The notes below the pieces were generated by a model. That model did not search any database, was not told the origin of the DNA, and saw only the letters and a program-made list of their open reading frames with translations. DNA of 64,000 nt from NCBI GenBank assembly GCA_963776275.1, contig CAVZMI010000028.1, positions 48,868 through 112,867 of the forward strand, written 5' to 3'. The DNA comes from Ignavibacteriota bacterium (lineage in GTDB: Bacteria; Bacteroidota; Ignavibacteria; UBA10030; CAVZMI01). This document shows positions 1-9,365 of this stretch, piece after piece. A program made the position numbers and the translations under genes. The stretch's first letter is position 1. Every line of letters starts with the position of its first letter.

Positions 1-2
1 CT

Positions 3-677
3 GCAGGGAGTCTGCTCGGTGACAAGTTGCTCACACTTGCGCAAGGCAGTGTGGGGATCCCAATAGAAAGAGAAGACGATATTGTTAAACAGCTTTACGA
101 CATTGATTTGCTAAGTAGAATTGTAGATGTGAAAGACACTGATGTTATCAGGCATGCAATTAATGTCCTTTTTGAAAGGGAATTAAAAGCGAGAAATGAA
201 CAGGTTCAGTTTGAGATTGCGCTTCAACAAATAGTGGCACTATTGGAAAAATATTCTCATTTGGATTCACCTGGAAGCGAACGCACGGCGCGCGACGCAG
301 TACATAATTTTAGGAGCAATTACGAGCCGAGACCTTTCAGGAATTGGATCAATTGGGGGATTATTACGAAACGTCTGCAATTCTTAATAAAAGCATTTAT
401 AGAAAATCCTGAGGGTGCAATAGGGGTTTTAAAAGAAGCAGATCAAATCGAAAAACTACTCGTACTCGAAGGGAATGAACGAAGAGGGGTTATTCGTAAA
501 GAATTGTCATCAGTATTCGTAGACATATTGAATTCGGCGGGACAGAGTGATATTGCAAAAAGATTGAGGAATTCGAGTCCGGAGAGACTATTCTGGGAAG
601 TGCTCAAGCCTTCTAATTTGAAGGAAACAAAGAATCGAATTCTGGCAAACGTGCCTCCTGGACAAACAACAAAATAG
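3..677 (+). CDS. hypothetical protein, 5'-truncated by the window edge
   Basis: Frame is open from base 3 through the listed TTG at 27 to TAG at 677; helical-looking protein with no motif recognised. Confidence 0.65.
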   Translation, partial: AGSLLGDKLLTLAQGSVGIPIEREDDIVKQLYDIDLLSRIVDVKDTDVIRHAINVLFERELKARNEQVQFEIALQQIVALLEKYSHLDSPGSERTARDAVHNFRSNYEPRPFRNWINWGIITKRLQFLIKAFIENPEGAIGVLKEADQIEKLLVLEGNERRGVIRKELSSVFVDILNSAGQSDIAKRLRNSSPERLFWEVLKPSNLKETKNRILANVPPGQTTK

Positions 678-1022
678 AATCCTGTTTTCACAACATTTCT
701 GCACTTCACATATAGGTGCAGAAAAATAGAAGCAAGGGGAAAATGTACTTTTTATTATAATTATGCTAAAACATTACCCAGAAACTCAAATACAGTATAA
801 AAAGGTGTATTACTTTATCGTTTTATAGCCTGTGATCTTCATACTTGACAAGCACCGTTGTAATGGTTTCGATATAACTAAATTAGCAGTATCTGGCAAC
901 TGAGAAGGTTTAAAAAGCGAAAAAAACAAAAAAATTATTCCTTTTTGGGGTTCTAAATTTCTGCAATTTATATAAAGGTGCATAAAGAGAATCAAGGGGA
1001 AATAAGTAATTATCTACTCTTC

Positions 1023-1362
1023 GAGGACGAAATGTGGTTCGACCCCTCGACTCGCTACGCTCGCTCGGGGCAGGCAAGCTCACCACAAGTAATTTCGACC
1101 TACATTTGTCATCCAGTAAAACAGTAACGATGTAGGTCGGGTTATGGTTCAGTTGGACTCACCACAGGCCAACCCGACCATCATTGGTGGACGGGACAGT
1201 CCGTTCCGCTATAGCGGAACGAGACCTCGCCTAAAGGCGGGCGTCCCGCCCTACATTTGTCACTATGGACTACTAACATTGTAGGTCGGGTAGTTTACCC
1301 GACCATCACCGGTGGACGGGAAGGCCAGCTTTGAGGACGAAATGAAATTTCGTCCTACATTT
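1023..1362. repeat. cluster of GTAG-tagged REP-like palindromes with nested insertions
   Basis: GTAGGTCGGG...CCCGACC at 1132 and 1281; GGACGAAAT...ATTTCG(T/A)CCTAC at 1023 and 1333; GGACGGGAC...GTCCCGCCCTAC at ~1189-1254. Confidence 0.8.
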
Positions 1363-1445
1363 GAATTCTCTATTGCTCGTTTTCCATGTTGTACGCTTCT
1401 AAATAATTCATTGCTTGTGCAAGATGGACGTCTTCGAGCCAAAAA

Positions 1446-2439
1446 TTATAACATCGTCTTCCTTAATTCCTCGTTTGATTTAATGGACAGATATTTAGGA
1501 GCTATGTCAAACACCGTCTGCGCGCCAACCACTCCTTCTTTTCTCAGCCTGTAGGCGGCTCTGGCGTATGCAGCCAGAACATTTCCCGTGAATTCAGGAT
1601 TGCTTTCAAGCTTCAATGAGAACTCCATCAGATGCTTGCTGCCGGAACCGGATTCCCCGATTGTGAGAACAAAACCGCCGTGAGGCATCTTCGAATGCTT
1701 GGCTCTCAATTCCTCCTGAGAAATAAATTTTACAGTTGTGTCGTAGTCGGCAAAATAGTTCGGCATATTCTTAATCTCGGATTCGACTCTGCGCCTTTCC
1801 TCATCGGTATCATTCTCTAAAACAATATAGCACAGCCGTGTGTGCTTCTCTCTTGCGGAAAGAACATAATTAAGCCCGGCCCTTACGGTGTTAATAGCGT
1901 TATCAATAGGAAGTGTGTATTGCCTTCCGTCCTTGACGCCTTTTACCTGCCTGATAGCATCAGAATGTCCCTGGCTGACGCCCGGACCCCAGAATGTATA
2001 TGCCGTACCATCTGGCAAACAGGAATTCTGGATAACCCTCAACATAGAAAATAATCCGGGATCCCATCCAGTAGAGATAATGGCAATATTATTGCCACGA
2101 CGTGCAGCGTTATTAATGGCATCAAAATACTCGGGAATTTTTGCATGTGTGTCGTAACTGTCCACAATGTTGAAGTATTGAGCAAAATGCGGACACTTGC
2201 TCTGAAAGGTCGGTGGCGGAACCGCCGCATAAGACAACCACATCTAAGGAACCGACAAGATCTTTTGCCTTATTAACATGAAAAACTTTTGTCGATGGAG
2301 AATGAGGAATTATTGTATCTGGATTTCTTCTGGTAAGAATTGCATCCATACTCATGTCGGAATTTTGCGCGACAGCCAGCTCGACTCCTTTGCCTACATT
2401 ACCATAACCGACAATTCCGACCTTAATTTTTTGATCCAT
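1446..2439 (-). CDS. ddh: meso-diaminopimelate dehydrogenase (one apparent frameshift near 2191-2196)
   Basis: N-terminal GIVGYGNVG and LCGGSATD in ORF 2122..2439; continues as FNIVDSYDTHAKIP, GWDPGLFS, FWGPGVSQGHSDA, LESNPEFT in ORF 1446..2243; next to lysA. Confidence 0.92.
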
Positions 2440-2557
2440 TAACTAGCTCCCAACCTTTCTAATGTCGTTTCAATATTGATTTTGAATTGTCAAATGTGGC
2501 TATCTTGATCAGTTATTGCCTTTTCTAATAGTAGATAAATCCTTGATGACAAAATCG

Positions 2558-2808
2558 ATATAACACCGCTGAGGTGAAAGACGATTTATGGTGCTGTGAC
2601 CCATTTTTTAGATGAATAATTGTAGGGTCACTGCCACAGAGTACTCAGAGAACATTAAGGAAAGCCATTTTTGAGGTCACAGAGTAGAAATTCTTCTTTG
2701 TGTCCTCAAAAACTACTATTGTATTAGTACTTTGTGTCCTTTTGCGCCGGAGGCGCATGCGCCTTTGGCGCAGTGTTTACCCTCAACAGCCATTGAAAAA
2801 AGAAAAGC
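2558..2808. repeat. ~251-bp dispersed non-coding element, copy 1
   Basis: Reverse complement aligns end to end with 19394..19644. Confidence 0.85.
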
Positions 2809-2989
2809 GGAATTGCTTATTAATTCCTTTCAACGCACCCTAAATACTAAAGTACTCTCGGCTCGCCTGAAGACGAGCCTCCCGAGGGTGCGGCTACCAC
2901 TTTCGATATATCGTCCCGTCTTCGTTTTGTGGTGAACTCTGATATGTTCTTTCAGAAGCACGGGGCTTTTCAAAAAGAAAGTGACACCA

Positions 2990-4345
2990 CTACCTTTCTA
3001 ATTTTGTCTCAATATTGAATCTGTGCAGTATCTGATTTAAATCTTCAAAACCTCTGGAACACTGTATAAGTCTGCCCTTGTGCTCTAACATAACATTAGC
3101 CCTGCCTCTCATACAATAAGGAGAGGACATCACATCGCCATAGGCGCCTGTATCGAGAATACCTAGAACATCCCCCTCACTAATTGTAGGAATTTTCCTG
3201 GGATGATTCTGAGTAAAGGTATCGCCGGTTTCGCATACATTGCCGTCAATGGAATAAACTATTAGAGGTCCGTTTGGATTCGAGACGTTGATTATCTCAT
3301 GATATGCATGGTAGAGTTTCGGCCGTATCAATGTTCCCATGCTTGCATCGGTATATGCATGGAGAATGCCGCTCTTCTCTTCGACGGTATTCACCTTTGT
3401 TAAAAGAATCGTTGAATCGCCGACAAGACTTCTGCCGGGCTCGATGATTAATTTATTTATCCTGACGCCCTTCTTTTCTATCTCTTCACCGATTATTCTG
3501 GCATACGTATTGAAAGGAAAAGACTTTTGAGATTTTCTGTACCTGATGCCGGGGCCTCCGCCAACATCGAGATTCAGGTTTTTAAAACCATGCTCCTGTA
3601 ATTCATTCATGACATCGAGAGTATTTTGCAGGGCGATACTGAAGCTATCAACGTCGTTCCCAAGCCAGCCGGAGCCGATATGGATGTGCAGGGTGTCGGG
3701 ATTAAAACCATACTCGCGGGCACTCAAAAATGTATTGATAATCTTATCCTGCTCGATGCCGAACTTTATAGGAACACCGCCCTCATTTTTTAAACCGGCG
3801 GTAATGACATCCGGATTATGGCCGGCACCGACATTAGGATTCAACCTGATCGAAAGATGCAATCCATGAATATTCCATTCATCTCTGTGCTCTCCGAGTT
3901 TTTTAAGCTGAGAATTGGAATCGATGTTGATTTTATAATTACCGGACTTGACAAGCTTTTCAAGATCATCTTTTGAAACGGAGGTGCCTGTAAACATGAT
4001 TTTTTGCCGGGGGATCCCACGCTGCTCCGCAAGGACGGCTTCATTAGGAGAGACAACATCCGCACCTAAATCAAGTAGTGCAATAAGATCGAGAATCTGA
4101 GGACAATAGTTTGCCTTGACGGCATAATTGATATCGACAACACCATTATAGTATTTTGCAAATGCATCCCTGATGAGTCTGGCCTTATCTTCAATCCTTT
4201 TTCCATTCGTAAAATATAATGGTGTAGGATTGGACTTTGCCAGCTCATCTAAATCGTAATCGTTAAACGAGCGAGACCAGACCTTGTCGTTTCTGACATC
4301 AAAACCCTTGAAAAACCACCAGAATTGCTTGTCGGCCATAAACAT
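2990..4345 (-). CDS. lysA: diaminopimelate decarboxylase
   Basis: YAVKAN (PLP lysine), HIHIGS, DVGGG, EPGR, GNVCETGD, GAYG motifs; start may be the ATG at 4339. Confidence 0.95.
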   Translation of the reverse strand: MFMADKQFWWFFKGFDVRNDKVWSRSFNDYDLDELAKSNPTPLYFTNGKRIEDKARLIRDAFAKYYNGVVDINYAVKANYCPQILDLIALLDLGADVVSPNEAVLAEQRGIPRQKIMFTGTSVSKDDLEKLVKSGNYKINIDSNSQLKKLGEHRDEWNIHGLHLSIRLNPNVGAGHNPDVITAGLKNEGGVPIKFGIEQDKIINTFLSAREYGFNPDTLHIHIGSGWLGNDVDSFSIALQNTLDVMNELQEHGFKNLNLDVGGGPGIRYRKSQKSFPFNTYARIIGEEIEKKGVRINKLIIEPGRSLVGDSTILLTKVNTVEEKSGILHAYTDASMGTLIRPKLYHAYHEIINVSNPNGPLIVYSIDGNVCETGDTFTQNHPRKIPTISEGDVLGILDTGAYGDVMSSPYCMRGRANVMLEHKGRLIQCSRGFEDLNQILHRFNIETKLER

Positions 4346-4427
4346 CCCTTAAAACAATAATATAGTAAATCACGACGATAGAGACAATCGAGGAAGATGT
4401 AACCTCATTTCGTTCTCTTTATTGGGG

Positions 4428-5601
4428 TGTGATTAATTAATTGGAGCGAACTAATTGGTAATATTATTGAAACGGAACGAGCGATTATTGCCATGAACTT
4501 TCCTGCCTGCCCGCCGGCCTGTCCGCCGAAGTCAGCTGTATGCTGACGAAGGCGGAAGTGGAACGAAGGCGTGGTCCGCCGAAATCCGCCAACCTGTCCG
4601 CCATAGCCGAAGGCGTAGGCGGAAGGCGGATGGAGGCGGAAGTTCGTATTGCCACGAACTTCAGTTCGTGGTTTCTTTCAAATCGCTAAACCACGAGGGT
4701 TTTAACCTCATAATTTTGGACCAATTATGCCCTTTGTAAGAGTCTGGATTCATCTCGTCTGGACAACAAAAAATCGTCAGCCAAATCTGGAAAAGAAATT
4801 CCGGGATAGGCTACTTGACCATATCCGTCAAAACGCGAAGGTAAAGGGGATCTATCTAGATTCCATAAATGGCTTTATTGATCACATCCATGCTCTCCTT
4901 TCCATTCGTTCGGAACTTTCCATCTCCAAAGTCGCCCAATTATTAAAAGGTGAATCATCACACTGGGCAAATGAACTGAAACTCGCTCCAAACGAAATTG
5001 AATGGTAGGAAGAATATTTTGCGGTGTCGGTCAGCGAGTCGGATATAGGGATTGTGCGTAACTATATTCTGCATCAGGAAGAACACCATCGGAAAAAGAC
5101 ATATTCTGAAGAGTACCAGGAATTTATGCAGCAATACCACGGTGAGTGTGGTGGGTTAAAACCCGCGGGAGAGGGTGAAGATTCAATTGCCACGACCTGA
5201 AGGTCATGGCAACAGCTAATATTAGCAGCATGATGCAGCAATACCACAGTGAGTGTGATGGATTGAAACCTGCGGGAGAGGTGGGGAGATTAAATTGCCA
5301 CGAACTTTAGTTCGTGGTTTGTAAAAAGAAAAATAGATGGGTTTTAACCCTATATTAAAAAGCCGTATGCTAAATATATGGGGACTAAAGTCCATTTGAG
5401 TTTGGATTTTATTTTCCACGACCTGACCCCACTGGATCCCACGAACAACGTGGGGCCGTAAAAAGCACGGAAGCGTGGGGCGTAAATCCCACAGGCCCCA
5501 CAAAAAACGTGGGACCGTAAATCTCACTGGAGAACGTGAGACGGAAAAAAACGGAACACGGAAACGTGGGACGGAAAAAACCCGAAGCACGAGGTCGTGG
5601 C
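4428..5601 (+). mobile_element. IS200/IS605-type (RAYT-like) tnpA locus flanked by REP-like palindrome pairs
   Basis: Y1 transposase with CCACGAACTTNAGTTCGTGG / CCACGACCTGAAGGTCRTGG hairpins at 4651, 5189, 5297 and 5416-5601, and GGGTT(TT/AA)AACCC-type palindromes; no tnpB. Confidence 0.75.
4727..5200 (+). pseudogene. tnpA: IS200/IS605 family transposase (Y1 HUH) with in-frame TAG at 5006-5008
   Basis: HLVWTTKNR, DHIH (HUH), LLKGESSHW, then W*EEYFAVSVSES...RNYILHQEEHH in the same frame to TGA at 5200; the conserved WQ has become W-stop. Confidence 0.88.
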
Positions 5602-5648
5602 AATAGCTAATAATAACAGCATGTCGTGACAATAACAAAACGCGCAAA

Positions 5649-5685
5649 AATGAAAATGCCCGGAGAATGTCCGGGCGTTTTCATT
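5649..5685. terminator. bidirectional intrinsic terminator
   Basis: AATGAAAATGCCCGGA-gaatg-TCCGGGCGTTTTCATT hairpin just past the stop of 5705..6127. Confidence 0.7.
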
Positions 5686-5704
5686 CTAGGATACATCCCT
5701 CGTT

Positions 5705-6127
5705 TTATGATGAATTCCTACCGCTTACGGCAAAACTCCCTTTATTGGCTTTTGTTTGAACCCATTTCAATATGTAAAGAAAAGGTCTTGGTGTGTTAGC
5801 TTTAAAATTAGCAGTCAGGGTTTGAGTGTATGATTTTTTTCCAGGAGATTGATTCGATTGTCCTTGAGTGCCTACACTTCCTCCCGGTAATATTTTTATT
5901 AAAAATATGAAAGTACCACTTGCCGGATGCGGACCACCTTGTGAAAAATCGAAGGTGAATTCGCCGGCAGCATTTGTGATGCATTGAGCAATTAGTACAT
6001 TACCTGCTTGTAATTTTACTGTTATAGGCACATTTGCTACGCTCAGTTGTGCCTGGCTTATGGTATAGCAGAATAACAAAACAATAATCGAAAGTATTAA
6101 CAATTTGAATTTGTTTGAAGTAGACAT
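5705..6127 (-). CDS. secreted hypothetical protein
   Basis: Signal peptide ending SQA|Q, AGGAG ribosome-binding site, downstream terminator. Confidence 0.75.
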   Translation of the reverse strand: MSTSNKFKLLILSIIVLLFCYTISQAQLSVANVPITVKLQAGNVLIAQCITNAAGEFTFDFSQGGPHPASGTFIFLIKILPGGSVGTQGQSNQSPGKKSYTQTLTANFKANTPRPFLYILKWVQTKANKGSFAVSGRNSS

Positions 6128-6509
6128 AATATCACTCCTTTTCCCAATGTAAATAAAACAAAGATAGATAATCGTACATCGCGGTTAAACGAAATGCTTG
6201 ACATTATATCTAAATGTTACGAAAGCAGGGAGTAAATAGCAACTATCATCGGGAGGATCGATTCATGCACAAAAGTAACGAAATCAAGAAAGTGATAATC
6301 CTATATAATTACGTAAGTTGGAGCGTGTCGGGAATTGCAAATGCATCGGATTTTTCCCTTATGAAATCGCCTTTGTTTCCCGTCGAAATTCTTGTGCTTG
6401 CTTTTCATCTATATCTCGTTTATTTTTAAAAACAGCAGGGAATTTACTCAAAGAACAACGAAAAGATGATCAGGATTGGACCGGAAGGAAAAGCGAAACA
6501 GGGAAAAAT

Positions 6510-8922
6510 ATGGAAAAGGAAATCGGCGAAAATGGAAAAGGCCGGCAATTTTTTTCTGAACGACTGACCCATGTTTTGGATGCCATTAATGAACTCTCTA
6601 AGATCGGATCATTCGACGAATTGTGCCGCCGGTCGGTCGAACTGGCCATCGAGCGACTAGGCTTCGATCGTGTTGGTTTGTGCTTCCTCTCTGAAGATCG
6701 GCAAACAGTACTGGGCGCCTACGGCACGGATGAAAACGGTCACCTGCGTGATGAGAAACACCTCAGAAGACCCGTCAAAACTACTCCCACCGTCAAGAAA
6801 TTATTGGAAGAACCGGAGCCAGTCCTGTTTTTCGACAAAGAAATTTTGTATAACGATAAATTAGACCAGGTCGGCATCGGCAACCATGCGGTCGCCAGAT
6901 TGTGGAATGGAGAGAAAATTATCGGCATTTATGCCGTGGATAATCTTATTCATCGAAATCCCATCACAAGCGAGGATCTGGAAATATTAGTCCTTTATGG
7001 CACGGCGATGGGACATCTATTCACGCTCAAACAGACAGAGGAAGCTCTCAGGGAAAGTGAAAGCCGTTTCAGAACATTATTCGAGCAGGCTGCAGTGGGC
7101 GTGGCGCAGATTGAGACTGTCACAGGAAAATTTTTGAAAGTTAACCGGCGATTCTGCACAATCATAAGTTATTCGGCGGAAGAGCTGCAAAATCTCACGC
7201 TGTCGGAACTCACCCATCCCCAGGATCGTGAAACCGAACAAAAAAACTTGCAGCTTTTGACTAAAGGAAAAATTCGAGACTATTCGATGTACAAACGCCT
7301 TCAGCATAAACGTGGTCACTTCGTATGGGTCAACCAGACAATTTCGTCCATGCAGTCCACCGCAGACGACGGAATACAATGTCGTTGTAGTTCAGGACAT
7401 TACAAAGCGAAAACGTGCGGAAGAGGCGTTACTCGAAAGCAGCACGTTCAACCAGCTTTTAATGGAGACAATACCGTTTGGTATGGACATTGTCGATGAG
7501 AATGGAAAGATACTCTTCATAAACAAAACTCTGAAGGCTCTGATAAATAAAGACGTTCTCGGACAGCAGTGCTGGTCTTTTTATAAAGACGACAACAAAC
7601 AATGTGTCAACTGCCCTCTCCTGTATGGAATCGAATTCGGGAAACCGAAAATTCTCGAGGTCAAGGGGGTACTGGGAGGAAAAATCTTTCAGATAAGTCA
7701 TGTCGGGATGATGTACAAAGGGAAAAAGGCAATGCTGGAAGTATTTCAGGATATAACGGAACAGAAAAAACTGCAGAACGATTTATTCCAGGCACAGAAA
7801 CTGCAGAGTATAGGCACACTTGCCGGCGGTATCGCACACGATTTCAACAATATCCTTTGTATTATTCTCGCCTATGTAACGTCAATGCGTCGGTTAAAAT
7901 TGAGTACGGGAAATGATATTGAAAGTCTTAATGCAATCAGTCAGGCAGTACAACGTGGAGCAGCATTGGTACGTCAGGTACTCACATTTGCCCGCAAAAC
8001 CGATGCCGTGCTTGAAGTGATCGATATCAACAGCCTGGTGCTCGAACTTCTATCGATGTTGAGACGTACCTTCCCCAAAATTATCACTTTTTCGGAACAG
8101 TTGGGGGGAAATCTTCCCTTCATCGTTGCTGACCATTCGCAAATACATCAGGCATTACTCAATCTTTGTGTGAATGCCCGGGATGCAATGCCGTACGGCG
8201 GTATAATTATCGTAAAAACGGAATCGCTTACAAAGGAGTATGTAGCCGAAAAATTTCCTTCTGCAGGCTACAGCAATTATATTTGCATCAGTGTAACCGA
8301 TACCGGAGAGGGAATGGACGAAACGACGCGCCAGAAAGTGTTCGACCCGTTCTTCACGACAAAAGAGAAAGGGAAGGGGACAGGACTCGGATTGTCTGTC
8401 GTGTACGGCATCATGCAGGCGCATGATGGTTTTATCGATATGGAAAGTACACCCGGCCAGGGCACTGCTTTCCGGCTCTTTTTCCCTGTCCCGGTCGCAA
8501 TAGACGAATCCCGCGAATTACTGAAACCGGATGAGAGATACGAGACTGGAGGAAAAGAGACCATTCTACTTGTTGAAGATGAAGAATCCCTTTTAGAAAC
8601 GGTACGCCTCATGCTCCGATCTTACGGCTATACAATCTTGACGGCAAAGGATGGCAGGGCAGCGGTTGATACGTACGTACATCATCAAACCCAAATAAAT
8701 CTAGTTATAACGGACATGGGATTGCCGGGAATAACGGGGGAGGATGAATTCAGAGAATTGAAAATGATAAATCCGGATGTAAAAGTAATTCTCGTCAGCG
8801 GTTATATTGATCCGGATTATAAGTCCGAACTTCTCAAGCAGGGCATTTACGATTTTATTCAAAAGCCGTACAGGTTGGAGAGTATTCTTAAAAAGATTCG
8901 AAATGCGCTGGATACAAATTAG
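6510..8922 (+). CDS. hybrid sensor histidine kinase/response regulator, GAF-PAS-PAS-HisKA-HATPase-REC (one apparent frameshift near 7355-7372)
   Basis: GAF and PAS (THPQD) in ORF 6318..7499; GGIAHDFNN, NLCVNARDAM, DTGEGM, FFTTK, GTGLGL and receiver LLVEDE/TDMGLP/QKP in ORF 7312..8922. Confidence 0.9.
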
Positions 8923-8979
8923 AAGTTAATAACCGTCGAAGAAGAATCGTGTAGGCAGGTTATGCCATTTCAGGAAGAT

Positions 8980-9004
8980 GCTCCCGGATAAGGGAGCTTT
9001 TTTT
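8980..9004 (+). terminator. intrinsic terminator
   Basis: GCTCCC-ggataa-GGGAGC followed by T7. Confidence 0.65.
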
Positions 9005-9064
9005 ATGCCAATGATGGGCATCTTTCATTCCGAATGAAGAAACAATCGGAAACGGTCTGGCTAT

Positions 9065-9297
9065 TGTGATTAATTGATAAGAGCGAACCAATCGGTAGAA
9101 TTATAAAACGGTTCGAGCAATTATTGCCACGAACTTTAGTTCGTGGGTTCCATCAAATCACTAAACCACGAGGGTTTTAACCTCATACCCTTGGACTAAT
9201 TATGCCCTTTGTAAGAGTCTGGGTCTATCTCACCTGGACAATAAAAAATCATCAGTGTAATGGGTTAAAACCCGCGGGAGAGGGGGGAGATTCAATT
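9065..9297 (+). mobile_element. internally deleted non-autonomous copy of the 4428-5200 tnpA element
   Basis: Matches the 4428-4780 leader, hairpin and first ~18 codons, joined directly to the 3' GGGTTAAAACCCGCGGGAGAGG...GATTCAATT segment. Confidence 0.85.
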
Positions 9298-9365
9298 ACT
9301 TGCTTTCGAAATGTATATTGAATATTTTATTGAAAACTCCCCATCATCCATCTTCTTTGAGGTGA

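Noticed and set aside
696-724. Hairpin after the first CDS as a terminator
   Set aside because: Stem is present but the loop is long and there is no T-tract on the plus strand; too weak to call
2440-2989. Canonical lysine riboswitch
   Set aside because: Consensus AGAGG-GC core and five-way junction not recognised; most of the gap is a dispersed repeat
5006-5008. Amber recoding or pyrrolysine in tnpA
   Set aside because: TAG is a normal stop in other genes here (677, 8922, lysA); a single CAG>TAG change is simpler
5222-5647. ORFs 5222..5647 and 5409..5603
   Set aside because: They run through nested palindromic repeats and show no protein motif
6318-6509. Upstream TTG start of the kinase
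   Set aside because: Extension looks non-coding; ATG 6510 fits the domain start better
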